Counted from the first letter of the stretch, positions 25,015 through 35,815 are shown. The stretch is DNA of 51,689 nt from Anaerovoracaceae bacterium (GCA_963602505.1 CAVCIX010000002.1:1-51689); one strand, 5' to 3'. Made by a program: numbers and translations. The notes: generated by a model not told the origin, from the letters alone.

Positions 25015-26382
25015 ATGATGAAAAAGATTTTTAGCCTTTTAATAGCAATTACACTTTGCGCAACATTAAACTCTGCTTTTGCAAAAGTAGATGTAAATAA
25101 TTATAGATATGGTTACGTTAATATTCCTTTTTGGCAAAATTTTAACGATAACAACTTGCTTGCAAACTTAAACACAGTTTACAAGAACAATAACGACCTT
25201 AAAGCTACCGCATTAAAGGTTAGCGAGGCTCAAAAGCTTGTTAAAATGTCACTTGCTGATGAACTTCCACACATTGGATTTAACGGAAATATCAAACAAA
25301 CCTTTAAATCTTCAGATGAAGTTTTTGGCGATATTACAATCCCAGATTATACAGAAACTCAGTTTTTATTACCTTTGACTTTGAGTTATGAAATTGATAT
25401 TTGGGGTAAAAACCACTTGAAAACAAAGGCTTACAAGAAAAAATTTGAAATAATGCAACAAGACGAAAAAACTGTTTATATCTCAATGATGTCGGCTTTT
25501 GCAAGTGATTATTACAACCTAATCAAGGTTGACAAACTTATTGAAATTCAAAAAGAATTAATCAATATACAAAACGAAGTTTTGAATTCTGTTGAAAAGA
25601 AATATAACGCAGGTACTGCAAATATTAACCACGTAATCACAGAGAGAAAATCTCTAACATATTTGCAAGAAGAATTAAATAATTTATTAGAAAAACAAGA
25701 TGTTTTAAAAAATCAAATGAGCGTAATTCTTGCAGATAGAAGCTTTGAAGATATTTTGAGAACAAAATATAACAATGTTAACGTAAAAGTTTCAATACCG
25801 AAAGAAATTAGCACTGATATTTTGGCTTCACGCCCTGATAACGTAAAATCAGAATTAAATCTTGAAAAAATTGGCATTGATGTAAAAGTTGCAAGACGCG
25901 AATTGTTACCAAAATTCAACCTTGTAGGCAACTTAGGATTTAACGCGTACAATTTATCTAGTGCAAACACTTTCCTTGCAAACCTAGCTATCGCGCCAAC
26001 TTGGGATTTGTTTATGGGTGGAAAGAAAATTCAAATGTTAAAATTGCAAAAAGATGAATACAGAATTGCCGTAGAACACTATGATAAAACCATTTTGAAA
26101 TCTATTCAAGAAACAAATGACGCGCTTTACACGTTAAAATCTATCAATGGCAAATATTCAATTGCAAACGACAGACACGCTTTAAGCAAAACAGAATCAA
26201 TATTAATGCAAAAGAAGGAAAACTTAGGTATAGCCGATAAGTTGAACTCTTTATATCAAAAAGAAATTGAACTTGTAACAGAACAACAAGTTGTATCTTT
26301 AAAAATCAACGAAATTATTGCTATGATTAACTTATACCAAGCATTGGGCGGAGTTAATTTCTTTAGCCCTGAAAACTTATAA
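25015..26382 (+). CDS. TolC-like outer membrane efflux protein
   Basis: 455 aa. Signal peptide and two OEP repeat halves. It is divergent from the efflux operon. The second ATG at 25018 has better RBS spacing. Confidence 0.8.
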   Translation: MMKKIFSLLIAITLCATLNSAFAKVDVNNYRYGYVNIPFWQNFNDNNLLANLNTVYKNNNDLKATALKVSEAQKLVKMSLADELPHIGFNGNIKQTFKSSDEVFGDITIPDYTETQFLLPLTLSYEIDIWGKNHLKTKAYKKKFEIMQQDEKTVYISMMSAFASDYYNLIKVDKLIEIQKELINIQNEVLNSVEKKYNAGTANINHVITERKSLTYLQEELNNLLEKQDVLKNQMSVILADRSFEDILRTKYNNVNVKVSIPKEISTDILASRPDNVKSELNLEKIGIDVKVARRELLPKFNLVGNLGFNAYNLSSANTFLANLAIAPTWDLFMGGKKIQMLKLQKDEYRIAVEHYDKTILKSIQETNDALYTLKSINGKYSIANDRHALSKTESILMQKKENLGIADKLNSLYQKEIELVTEQQVVSLKINEIIAMINLYQALGGVNFFSPENL

Positions 26383-28758
26383 TTAAGTTGATAAAAGTTC
26401 TAAATTACTTACTGATTGAAGGTTATCAGCACTTTTTAGTAATGGATAATCTTCAATATTGTAATTGTGTACAAAATTAATAGCTTCAGCTCTAGCCATT
26501 TCAAGGATTTTAGTGTCTTTGACAATGTCTGCAACAATCATATCAGGCAATCCGCTTTGACGTGTGCCTAAAAATTCCCCAGGACCTCGAAGTTCTAAGT
26601 CTTTTTCTGCGATTACAAAACCGTCGTTCGTTTGCTCCATAATTTCTAATCTGGCGCGCGTTTCAGGATTGCGCGTAGAGGAAGAAAGTACGCAGTACGA
26701 TTGGTGCTCGCAACGTCCGACACGACCTCTCAACTGATGCAATTGAGATAATCCAAAGCGTTCCGCATTTTCAATAACCATAACCGTCGCGTTCGGAACA
26801 TCAACCCCAACTTCGACAACGGTTGTAGATACTAAAATATCATATTTGCCGTCTTTAAAGTCAGTCATGACCTTATCTTTTTCATCATTTTTAAGTTTTC
26901 CGTGCAAAAGTCCTATTTTTAGCTCAGGAAATACCTCTTTTTGCAACTTTTCAGCCTCAATTGTCGCCGCTTTTGCAGATAATGTTTCACTTTCCTCAAT
27001 CAACGGATAAACAATATAAGCCTGCCTACCTTGTTGAACTTGTTGCCTAATAAGGTTATAAATTTGTTTTTTAGAATTGCAAAGAGCAGTTTTTATCGGC
27101 TTTCTACCTTTTGGTAATTCGTCAATAATTGTCAAATCCAAATCACCGTGAACAGAAAGCGCCAAAGTCCTAGGAATTGGAGTTGCCGTCATTGTAAGAA
27201 TTTGCGGGGAGTTAGCTTTTTTACGCAATCCAACACGTTGTTTAACCCCAAACCTATGTTGTTCGTCGATTACCACCGCACCAAGGTTTGCAAACTCAAT
27301 GTTATCCTGAATAAGCGCGTGTGTACCAACGGCAATATTAGTTTGTCCATTAGCTAAATCAGTTTCTTGAATTTTTCTTACCTTTTTGCCCAAACTACCC
27401 AAGAATAAGCCCACATGCAGACCTAGAGGAGTTAACCAGTTGATAAGATTGTTGTAATGTTGTTGTGCCAAAATCTCAGTCGGCGCCATAATTGCGCCTT
27501 GATAGCCACATTCGACCGCCGCAAGTAGCATAATCGTCGCAACAACAGTTTTACCGCTACCAACATCACCTTGAAGTAGTCTTTGCATAGGCTCATCGGA
27601 TTGCAAGTCGTTCAAAATCTCGTTTACCGCATTTTTTTGCGCCGTCGTCAATTCAAACGGTAAGGATTTAATAAAATTCATAACTAAACCGTCTTTTGCG
27701 ATGTTAAACTGCAAAGAATCGTGTTTTTTGCGGTTTTGTTCGCGTAATTGTGCCAATTTAAATTGAGCTATAAAAAATTCCTCAAATACGAGCGAAAATC
27801 TAGCCTGTTCAAGTTTTTCCATAGTTTCAGGAAAGTGCATTTGAAAAACTGCATCAGCCTTGTCCATAATGTTATATTTTTGTCGCAAATAATCTGGCAA
27901 AACTGTTTTAATTGTATGCTTGAAGGTTTCTAGCGCATTAAAAACGGCTCGGCGCAAGGTTTTCATACTTAAATTTTCACTCAATGGATAAATTGGAACA
28001 ATTCTGCCCAAATTCAAGTTAGAATTTTCAAAAATATCATCCGCAATTATTGAATAAGAAGGCTTATCAATAGTTTTTTGCATATTATATTTATTTAATT
28101 TAACTTCACCTGACACCATAATTCCAGCACCTACAGGGAATTGCGCCTTTGTTCTTTCAAGTACAAACCTATTTGATTTAGCTTGAAAGAAATTTAGCTC
28201 AATAGAACCAGTTTCATCAGCAATTTTAACCTTTATTACGCCTAAATTATTTTTGGTTGTAAAGGATTGCGAGGATTTTATATACCCGAAAATAGTTGTT
28301 GTTTTACCTTCCTCCAAATCCTTTATAAAAGTTCGTCCAGAATAATCTATATGACGACGTGGAAAATAGTACATCAAGTCATTTGCAGTATAAATATTTA
28401 ATTTGTTCAATAAATATCCGACTTTTGGACCGACGCCTTTGATGTAGGTTACGTCGCATTGATTTGGAAGCTTATTGTCAGCTTTTGTAGTTTTTTCCTC
28501 GTTTTTAGGGCTTAATTCATCGCGCATAACCGCGCAAAATCTGTTTAAAATTTTTCTTCTAACTGGCATGGATTCTAGCGGATAACGTTCAAATGCCTCC
28601 ATTAAAACTCGCCATTTTGGATTTTTTGTCAATTTGTACTCTTTTAAAATTTCAGAGCGCATAAATTTTGAAAAAACCTGCGTTTTTCCTTTTATATCAA
28701 TGTATCCGTATTTAATTTCAACCTCGACAGATTGTCGAATTTGGTCTAAATTCTCCAT
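26383..28758 (-). CDS. recG: ATP-dependent DNA helicase RecG
   Basis: 791 aa. Has the wedge/OB region, Walker A GDVGSGKT, DEQHRFG, TATPIPRT and QLRGRVGR. Confidence 0.92.
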   Translation of the reverse strand: MENLDQIRQSVEVEIKYGYIDIKGKTQVFSKFMRSEILKEYKLTKNPKWRVLMEAFERYPLESMPVRRKILNRFCAVMRDELSPKNEEKTTKADNKLPNQCDVTYIKGVGPKVGYLLNKLNIYTANDLMYYFPRRHIDYSGRTFIKDLEEGKTTTIFGYIKSSQSFTTKNNLGVIKVKIADETGSIELNFFQAKSNRFVLERTKAQFPVGAGIMVSGEVKLNKYNMQKTIDKPSYSIIADDIFENSNLNLGRIVPIYPLSENLSMKTLRRAVFNALETFKHTIKTVLPDYLRQKYNIMDKADAVFQMHFPETMEKLEQARFSLVFEEFFIAQFKLAQLREQNRKKHDSLQFNIAKDGLVMNFIKSLPFELTTAQKNAVNEILNDLQSDEPMQRLLQGDVGSGKTVVATIMLLAAVECGYQGAIMAPTEILAQQHYNNLINWLTPLGLHVGLFLGSLGKKVRKIQETDLANGQTNIAVGTHALIQDNIEFANLGAVVIDEQHRFGVKQRVGLRKKANSPQILTMTATPIPRTLALSVHGDLDLTIIDELPKGRKPIKTALCNSKKQIYNLIRQQVQQGRQAYIVYPLIEESETLSAKAATIEAEKLQKEVFPELKIGLLHGKLKNDEKDKVMTDFKDGKYDILVSTTVVEVGVDVPNATVMVIENAERFGLSQLHQLRGRVGRCEHQSYCVLSSSTRNPETRARLEIMEQTNDGFVIAEKDLELRGPGEFLGTRQSGLPDMIVADIVKDTKILEMARAEAINFVHNYNIEDYPLLKSADNLQSVSNLELLST

Positions 28759-31352
28759 TATTTAGCCTTATCTACAACAGATTCCACGTAATTATTTATA
28801 AAATATTTGTTTGCAACTTCCATAATATCTGAAACGGTTACGCTTTGAATAAGTGCAGGATATTTTTCTACAAAATCAAATCCTCTGCCAGTAGCTTCAT
28901 ATAATGCCAATCCTGAAGCCTTGTCAGAATTTGTTTCTAGCGCTAATACAAATTTACCGATTAGCTGACTTTTTGCGTCCTTCAATTCTTTTGCTGATAC
29001 GAATTCGTTTTTCAAGATATTAATTTGTTCTAACATTTTTTGTCGTGCTAATTCCAAGGTTGCAGGATTTGTACCGATATACAATGTATAAGCACCTCTT
29101 AGAACATTTGGTGAAAATCCTGAGCCAACTTGATATGCAAGTCCGTTTTGTTCTCTCAAATTACGGAACAGGCGAGAACTCATACCTGTACCCATAAAGG
29201 TATCAATAACTTGCAAGGTTGCATAATCTTTCAAGCTAGTATTTCCAGCGGTTTGCCAGCCTAAAATTAGCCAAGAAGTTTGCAAATCCTTAATTGGAGT
29301 TTTTATTGTTTTTGTTGCTAAATTAAACGGAATATCTTTAAAGTGTTTTTCATAAGAGAAAACCTCGCCTTTTTTACCGTTAAAAATTTCAGACATCTGA
29401 TTAATTATATATTGTTTATCAACATCACCATTTACAGATATAACAAGGTTTTTAGGATAAAAGATTGTTGAATAATAATCTATAATATCCTCTCTTTTAA
29501 CCTTTGGTAAAGTTTTTTCTAAAACCTTTGAGGTGTATGAATAAACAGAACCTGAGTAAATCGCAGTTCTATATTCCTCTAACGCTTTGTTTAAAGGTAC
29601 ATCGTTTGAAGCCTTCATCGCATTAAGCATTGTTTTTCTTGCTTTTTCAATATCGTAATTATCAAATTTTGCATTATTTACAACTTCATCTAACAATTTC
29701 AAAGTTAATGGAAGTTGTTTTTTAGTTGTCAAAACATTGATTGAAAAATAATCAGAGCCTGAAGACGGAGAAATTGAAATACCATTTTCTTCTAGAATTT
29801 GCGCTAATTCTAACTGAGAATAATTCTTCGTACCTTTTAACATTGTTGCAGACATCAAATCAGAAGTACCTGCAATTTTTTCTAAGAAGTCCCCACCCTT
29901 TGCGCGAATTGCAAAAGCTACAATATCATTGTTTGTATGCTTGTTAATAAGTAATGTCGCGCCTGTATCAAGAGTATATTTGTCTGTATTGTAAGCCGTT
30001 TTAACAAGTTTTGCATTGTGATTTTGTTTTTCAGCATTTTCAACACTTGTTTTTGTTGGTTGATATTTTTCTGGCATTACAATTGAAATTGCACATTTAT
30101 TTTCCTTCAAATATTTGTTAGCAACTCGTTTAACATCCTCTGGAGTTACGTTATTAATGCCTTTTAAATAATCGTCATAATTTTTTGGGTCGCCAGTCAA
30201 AACAACGGTGTAACCCATTTCAGTAGCTACATTTGAAATAGATTCACGAGAAAAATATGTATCGCGCTCAATAATATTTTTTGCACGTTCAACATCTTCA
30301 TCTGTTACTCCGCGAGTTTTAATATTTTCTATTTCTTCAAAAATAGAAGCCTTTAATTTATCCTTATTTTCAGGTTGAAAGGTTGTGCTTATGTAGAATA
30401 CGCCGTCATCTTTAAAAGATGCGTTCGCAGATGAAATAGTCGTTGTTAATTGTTTTTGCTCTTTGATATTTTGATAAAATCTTGAAGAACGACCGTCACC
30501 TAAAATTGAAGCCAAAACATCAAGTGCAAATTCGTCACTGTGAACCGCGTTTGTTCCTCTAAAACCAATCATCATGTAAGCTGAATTGCTAGGAAATTTA
30601 ACCTCTTTTACGCGTTGAGATTTAATTTGTGGTTCTTTTTTGTAAGATACTTTTTGCGCTTTTCTATTTTTTAAATTGAAAGCTTGTCTAACTTTTTCCG
30701 CCGTAGTATCAGGGTCAACATCACCAACAACAATAGTAATCATATTGTCTGGAGTGTAGTGTTTGTTATAGTAATCAAGAATTTCTTCTCTTGTAATTGT
30801 TTCAATAACCTTTGCTTTACCAATTACTTCACGTTTATATGGGTGAACGCTAAACATAAGCTCGTTCAAATTATCATAAACAATATCACTTGGGGAGTTT
30901 TTATCTTTTGCAATTTCTTCTAAAACAACCTTACGTTCTTTCTCCATCTCTTTTCTAGGAATTTGAGGGTTCAAAAGCATATCAGCATGCAAATCCAAAG
31001 CTAGGTCAAAATCTTTAACTGGGATTTTAATATAATAATGCGTAAAATCCTTGCTAGTAGCAGCATTTGTAACTGCACCCTTTGATTCTAAAATACGGTC
31101 AAAAGTACCAGTTGGATTTTTTTCTGTTCCTTTAAAAAATAAATGTTCTAAAAAGTGTGAAACACCAGTATTTTTGTCATTTTCATTGATAGAACCAGTC
31201 TTAATCCAAGTATCAATAATAACAATCGGGTTAGATTTAACCTGTTTTACGATAACAGTTTGACCATTATCAAATTTATAAACATTGTAATCACTTGCAA
31301 AAGCTACACTTCCGAACAAGATTACACATAACAAAACAATATATTTTTTCAT
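28758..31352 (-). CDS. Secreted M16 (pitrilysin) family zinc peptidase, duplicated M16 unit
   Basis: 864 aa. Signal peptide and the HFLEHLFFKGT (HxxEH) motif in the first half only. The second half is M16-like but lacks the motif. Confidence 0.85.
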   Translation of the reverse strand: MKKYIVLLCVILFGSVAFASDYNVYKFDNGQTVIVKQVKSNPIVIIDTWIKTGSINENDKNTGVSHFLEHLFFKGTEKNPTGTFDRILESKGAVTNAATSKDFTHYYIKIPVKDFDLALDLHADMLLNPQIPRKEMEKERKVVLEEIAKDKNSPSDIVYDNLNELMFSVHPYKREVIGKAKVIETITREEILDYYNKHYTPDNMITIVVGDVDPDTTAEKVRQAFNLKNRKAQKVSYKKEPQIKSQRVKEVKFPSNSAYMMIGFRGTNAVHSDEFALDVLASILGDGRSSRFYQNIKEQKQLTTTISSANASFKDDGVFYISTTFQPENKDKLKASIFEEIENIKTRGVTDEDVERAKNIIERDTYFSRESISNVATEMGYTVVLTGDPKNYDDYLKGINNVTPEDVKRVANKYLKENKCAISIVMPEKYQPTKTSVENAEKQNHNAKLVKTAYNTDKYTLDTGATLLINKHTNNDIVAFAIRAKGGDFLEKIAGTSDLMSATMLKGTKNYSQLELAQILEENGISISPSSGSDYFSINVLTTKKQLPLTLKLLDEVVNNAKFDNYDIEKARKTMLNAMKASNDVPLNKALEEYRTAIYSGSVYSYTSKVLEKTLPKVKREDIIDYYSTIFYPKNLVISVNGDVDKQYIINQMSEIFNGKKGEVFSYEKHFKDIPFNLATKTIKTPIKDLQTSWLILGWQTAGNTSLKDYATLQVIDTFMGTGMSSRLFRNLREQNGLAYQVGSGFSPNVLRGAYTLYIGTNPATLELARQKMLEQINILKNEFVSAKELKDAKSQLIGKFVLALETNSDKASGLALYEATGRGFDFVEKYPALIQSVTVSDIMEVANKYFINNYVESVVDKAK

Positions 31353-31455
31353 AATTACAAATCCCCTTAATTTTCCATTATTTTACACAAAAATCAAGAG
31401 AGTTTCAAGTGCGACGCTTGGGGAATAAAACTCAAACTTTCTAGTTAATAATCTC

Positions 31456-31484
31456 TTGAAAACTTGCATGCTTTTTTATATAAT
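31456..31484 (+). promoter_or_regulatory. Candidate sigma-70 promoter of the two-component operon
   Basis: TTGAAA (31456-31461), 17-nt spacer, TATAAT (31479-31484). Confidence 0.5.
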
Positions 31485-31507
31485 ATTTACAAAATTAGAG
31501 GATATGT

Positions 31508-32224
31508 ATGGATAACTTCAATAAAAAAAGAATTTTAATCGTTGATGATGACGAAGAAATTAGAGAATTATTAGAATTTGATATCGCGCAAAGCGGTTAT
31601 ATTGTTGACACTGCAAAAGACGGTTTGGAAGGGTTAAACAAAGCTTTAAACAACTCTTACGACCTTATCCTTTTGGACGTTATGATGCCAAAAATGAACG
31701 GTTTTGACGTTTGTAAAAATATTCGTCAAGCAAAACTTGCAATTCCTATCTTAATGCTTACTGCAAAAGGTACAATTGAAGATAAAACAGACGGTTTTGA
31801 CAATGGTGCAGACGATTATTTAGTAAAACCTTTTGATATTCAAGAAGTTTTACTAAGAATTAGAGTTTTGTTGCGAAGAAATCAAGTGGAAGAAAAAACT
31901 TCTATGTCAGATGAAGTTTTAAGCGCTGGTGATATTCAAATTTTCCCAGAAACTCTTGAATGTACTATTGTGAACAAGAGAGTAAAATTAACTCCGACTG
32001 AATTTGAAATTTTATATTCATTAATGCAACATTTCAACAATGCCGTAACTCTTGCGACTTTACTAGATGAAGTTTGGGGTTATGATAGCAACGAAGATGT
32101 TAGAATGTTGAGGGTTCACGTTGGAGGCTTGAGAAATAAAATAGAAGAAAACGTTAAAACTCCAAAATATTTGCACACAGTAACAAACGTAGGCTACAAA
32201 TTAACGCCTTTTGCTGAAGGTTAG
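31508..32224 (+). CDS. OmpR/PhoB family response regulator
   Basis: 238 aa. Receiver domain (DDDEE ... LLDVMMPKMNG ... LTAKG) plus a winged-helix output (LTPTEFEILYSL ... TVTNVGYKL). Confidence 0.92.
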   Translation: MDNFNKKRILIVDDDEEIRELLEFDIAQSGYIVDTAKDGLEGLNKALNNSYDLILLDVMMPKMNGFDVCKNIRQAKLAIPILMLTAKGTIEDKTDGFDNGADDYLVKPFDIQEVLLRIRVLLRRNQVEEKTSMSDEVLSAGDIQIFPETLECTIVNKRVKLTPTEFEILYSLMQHFNNAVTLATLLDEVWGYDSNEDVRMLRVHVGGLRNKIEENVKTPKYLHTVTNVGYKLTPFAEG

Positions 32225-32225
32225 A

Positions 32226-33950
32226 ATGAACAAAAACGCACTTCGAAAACTTAATAAAATAAGAAAAATTTTGCAACCAAAAAGATTAAAAATTGCAGAA
32301 CAAATTTTAATTGTATTGTTTATCGCCGTGCTTATTCCGATGATTATTAGCGGAATTGTTATTAACAACATCAACCAACAAGCTATGAGAAGTCAATTGA
32401 GAATTTCTGCAAAATTAATTGCAAACATTGTGTCTGACGAAGTTGATGTGTTTGTTACAACCGCATCTAATCAAATGAACCTTCTTGAAGTTACATTGAG
32501 CTACTTGCCGACAAGAGAAGCAAAACTTCAATATTTAAACAGTGTAAAAGACTCTTTTCAATATTATTCAGGCTTAACGCTTGTTGATACGGAAAGAGAA
32601 GTTCAAAAAATAAAAGAGGACAACAAGGTTCGCGATTTCTTCACTATGTATTTAAAAACAAAAGATAACAAATACATAGTTGCATCGTTCAAAAATGAAG
32701 ATTTAGACAATCATTTGTTCAAATCTCTTAGCGATGATGCCCGTCAAATCTATATCATAGATGGAACTGGAAAACTTTTAGCAGAACATAATTACACAGA
32801 TGAATTATATAAACAATCAGTAAATTTATTGCCAGATAAAATAACTGACAATGTTGCGGTTATTTATGGTAATTCGAAAAACCAGCCAATCGTTTACATT
32901 CACAAAACAAACCCTGATTTGATGATTATTGTAAACACGACTGAAAAAATCACTAAAAAAGCCATCAATGATAATAGATTTAAGCTTTTAATGGCAGTTT
33001 TCGTTTCAGCCTTGAGTATTTTTATTGTTGTTGCTCTATATATTTATTACATGTATATCAATATCCGACAATTGTTTAAAGGTATTATGGCGGTATCAAA
33101 AGGTAGTTACGAACGTCGTATTCGTCTATTAAAAAGTATTTTCACCCCTTACGAAATCGTATTCTTAGCGTCAGAATTCAACAAAATGGCGTCAGAAATT
33201 CATAAATCATACATTCAACTAAAAGAACAAAATGTAAAACTTGAACAGTTGAACGAATTCCGTTCAAATTTAATTGACACGGTAAGCCACGAGCTTCGAA
33301 CTCCTTTGACAAGTATTCAAGGATATACCTCAAGACTATTAAGAACTGATATTCAAATTGACGAAGAAACAAAACAAAAGTCTTTAAGAATAATCAAACG
33401 TCAGTCAGAAAGACTTAAACGACTAATCGAAGATTTGTTGGTAATTCCAGACATTGAACGCGATAGAATTAGAGTTTCGCTAGAACCTGTTTGGATTTCA
33501 GACACTGTTAACAATGCCATTACGCTTGTAAAAAATGATGCAGGCAAAGAGATAATCAACAACTTAAGCGAAGATTTTCCTCTTGTAATCGCAGACAAAG
33601 ACCGCGCAGAACAAGTTGTTGTGAACTTAGTGGAAAATGCAATAAAATATTCTTATGAAGATACGCCAATTATAATTTCTGGCGAATATCACGCTGAAGA
33701 AGCCAAAATTAGTATAGAAAACCAATGTGATAAAATTCCAAACGAAAAACTTGATACTTTATTTGAAAAATTTATAAGAATTGACGACAAAACGACAAGA
33801 ACCACTAGAGGTACAGGTCTTGGCTTATTTATCGTTAAAGGTTTGGTTGAAGCAATGAATGGTAAAATCGAAATTTCTTCAACAGACGAAGTAGGATTTA
33901 AAATTACAGTAACATTACCGTTGTTCAAATCGGTAACACTAAAACCTTAG
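32226..33950 (+). CDS. Sensor histidine kinase
   Basis: Two TM segments flank a periplasmic domain of about 230 aa. HAMP-like linker, H-box SHELRTPLTSI, and N/G boxes (NLVENAIKY, GTGLGLFIVKG). The ATG lies 2 nt after the RR stop. Confidence 0.9.
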   Translation: MNKNALRKLNKIRKILQPKRLKIAEQILIVLFIAVLIPMIISGIVINNINQQAMRSQLRISAKLIANIVSDEVDVFVTTASNQMNLLEVTLSYLPTREAKLQYLNSVKDSFQYYSGLTLVDTEREVQKIKEDNKVRDFFTMYLKTKDNKYIVASFKNEDLDNHLFKSLSDDARQIYIIDGTGKLLAEHNYTDELYKQSVNLLPDKITDNVAVIYGNSKNQPIVYIHKTNPDLMIIVNTTEKITKKAINDNRFKLLMAVFVSALSIFIVVALYIYYMYINIRQLFKGIMAVSKGSYERRIRLLKSIFTPYEIVFLASEFNKMASEIHKSYIQLKEQNVKLEQLNEFRSNLIDTVSHELRTPLTSIQGYTSRLLRTDIQIDEETKQKSLRIIKRQSERLKRLIEDLLVIPDIERDRIRVSLEPVWISDTVNNAITLVKNDAGKEIINNLSEDFPLVIADKDRAEQVVVNLVENAIKYSYEDTPIIISGEYHAEEAKISIENQCDKIPNEKLDTLFEKFIRIDDKTTRTTRGTGLGLFIVKGLVEAMNGKIEISSTDEVGFKITVTLPLFKSVTLKP

Positions 33951-33959
33951 GTTAAAATT

Positions 33960-34382
33960 ATGTTTATGCAGGACGCAATTGAAGTTGCACTTCAAACAAA
34001 AAACGAAATACCAGTGGGTGCAGTCATTATAAAAAGTGGCGAGGTAATTGCGTTTGCGCACAACAGAAAAGAAGAATTGCAGGATGTAACTGCGCATGCC
34101 GAAATTCTTGCAATAAAAATGGCGCAGGAAGGTTTACGCAGATGGCGACTTGAAGATTGCGACATGTACGTTACGCTTGAACCTTGTCCAATGTGCGCCT
34201 CTGCAATTATTCAATCAAGAATAAAAAATCTTTACTTTGGTTCGTATGATACTAAATACGGGGCTTTAGGCTCAGCTTTGGACTTAAGAAAAGTGCATAA
34301 TTCAAAATTAAATGTTTTTGGTGGAATTTTTGAACAAGATTGTGATAAAATTTTAGAGGATTTTTTTGAAAGGCTAAGATGA
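33960..34382 (+). CDS. tadA: tRNA-specific adenosine deaminase
   Basis: 140 aa with HAEILAI and PCPMCASA zinc-binding motifs. Confidence 0.88.
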   Translation: MFMQDAIEVALQTKNEIPVGAVIIKSGEVIAFAHNRKEELQDVTAHAEILAIKMAQEGLRRWRLEDCDMYVTLEPCPMCASAIIQSRIKNLYFGSYDTKYGALGSALDLRKVHNSKLNVFGGIFEQDCDKILEDFFERLR

Positions 34383-35137
34383 TAACAAAAGACGAATTAG
34401 ATTTATTAGTAGAAAGATACCAAACTCCAGAATTTATAAGTGGAGATCCAATACAATTCATACACCAATTTGATGATGAAGAAGACGTAACAATAACAGC
34501 ACTTCTAGCATCATGCCTTGCGTATGGCAATAGAAAAGTTTTAGTTCAAAAAATAGATGAATTATTAAGCGCAATCGGTGATGAACCTTATAATTTTGTA
34601 ATGAACGTAGATCCGTACAAATTGGTGAATTTCAATTATAGATTTGCCAAAGATTACGATATTATTGCATTATTTAAAAAATTAAGTAGTTTATATAAAA
34701 GCGGAAGTTCAATAAAAGAACTTTTCAAAAAAAACTACAAAGATGAAATTATTCCAATGTTACAAGGCGTTTGTGATTATTTTTACGACGGTGTTCAACT
34801 TACTCAAGGATACTGCCACTTAATCCCGAACCCTAAAAACGGCGGAGCTTTAAAACGTTTGAACATGTTTTTACGTTGGATGGTTAGAAAACCTCCTGTG
34901 GATTTAGGACTTTGGGATTTTATTCCAACATCAAAATTATTAATACCTTTTGATGTGCATGTTGCAAGAATTTCAAGAGAAATGGGACTTTTGAGCAGAA
35001 ATTCTGACGATTGCAAAGCTGTTATTGAATTGACAGAACGCTTAAAAAACTTCGACCCAGTTGACCCTGTTAAATACGATTTTGCGCTATTTGGCTATGG
35101 TATTACACATCCAAAAAATAGTGCGTTAGTTAGATAA
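34379..35137 (+). CDS. TIGR02757/DUF2400 family protein
   Basis: 252 aa. The start overlaps the tadA stop (ATGA). The GDPIQF ... ASCLAYGNRK ... PFDVHV pattern is recalled from DUF2400. Confidence 0.6.
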   Translation: MITKDELDLLVERYQTPEFISGDPIQFIHQFDDEEDVTITALLASCLAYGNRKVLVQKIDELLSAIGDEPYNFVMNVDPYKLVNFNYRFAKDYDIIALFKKLSSLYKSGSSIKELFKKNYKDEIIPMLQGVCDYFYDGVQLTQGYCHLIPNPKNGGALKRLNMFLRWMVRKPPVDLGLWDFIPTSKLLIPFDVHVARISREMGLLSRNSDDCKAVIELTERLKNFDPVDPVKYDFALFGYGITHPKNSALVR

Positions 35138-35190
35138 ATTTCGTTCGCAAAAAAGTACTTTTAATATCAGTGTTTACAAGTGCTTTGCAA

Positions 35191-35231
35191 ATGTTACATT
35201 CATGTTACAAAAGCATGGCAAGACATGGCAA
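35191..35231 (+). promoter_or_regulatory. Two pairs of tandem 8-mers at helical-turn spacing, candidate regulator binding sites
   Basis: atgttaca at 35191 and 35202 (11-nt period). catggcaa at 35214 and 35224 (10-nt period). They lie 60-100 nt upstream of the 35291 ATG. Confidence 0.35.
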
Positions 35232-35290
35232 TTTTTTTGAACAAAAATACTTTATATAAATACGAGAGATATTAAAAGGACGATTTTATA

Positions 35291-35668
35291 ATGACAGTTC
35301 AAGCTTCTGGATATGCTTCAAACCCATTCATAACAAAACCTTCAAACGAAAAAATTGACGCAATGAAGGCAGAACAAGAAAAAAAACGTGCTGAATTAAA
35401 AGGTACTTTAAACGAATACAGAGAAGCTTACGAAGCTGAAAAGAAAGAATATAACAAAATTTCTTCAATCTTTTTGATGCAACAAGAAAAATTCAACAGA
35501 TACGACAAAAACGATGCTGAATACGCTGAACAAGCAAAAGAATACAACGCAGTAAAAAAACAATATTTTTCACAACGTTCTAAAAAAGATTTAAAATTAT
35601 CTTTATTACAATTCCACTCAGACAACTACGTAAAAGCAAGCAGAATTAACGTTTTAGATTTAGTATAA
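35291..35668 (+). CDS. Hypothetical helical protein
   Basis: 125 aa, Lys/Glu-rich helical sequence, AAAGGA RBS, followed by a terminator. Confidence 0.5.
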   Translation: MTVQASGYASNPFITKPSNEKIDAMKAEQEKKRAELKGTLNEYREAYEAEKKEYNKISSIFLMQQEKFNRYDKNDAEYAEQAKEYNAVKKQYFSQRSKKDLKLSLLQFHSDNYVKASRINVLDLV

Positions 35669-35693
35669 AAATTTTATTATAATATTGAAGAAT

Positions 35694-35730
35694 AAAGAAG
35701 TGTTTTAACAATAACACTTCTTCATTTTTC
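35694..35730 (+). terminator. Intrinsic terminator
   Basis: gaagtgtt / aacacttc stem (extendable) followed by a T-rich run. Confidence 0.6.
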
Positions 35731-35815
35731 GTTACAAGCGTAATTTTAGTAGTTGATTTTTTTTCTTGACATATTATTATAGTTGTAAGAATAGATGAAA
35801 TAGAAGGAAAATAAT

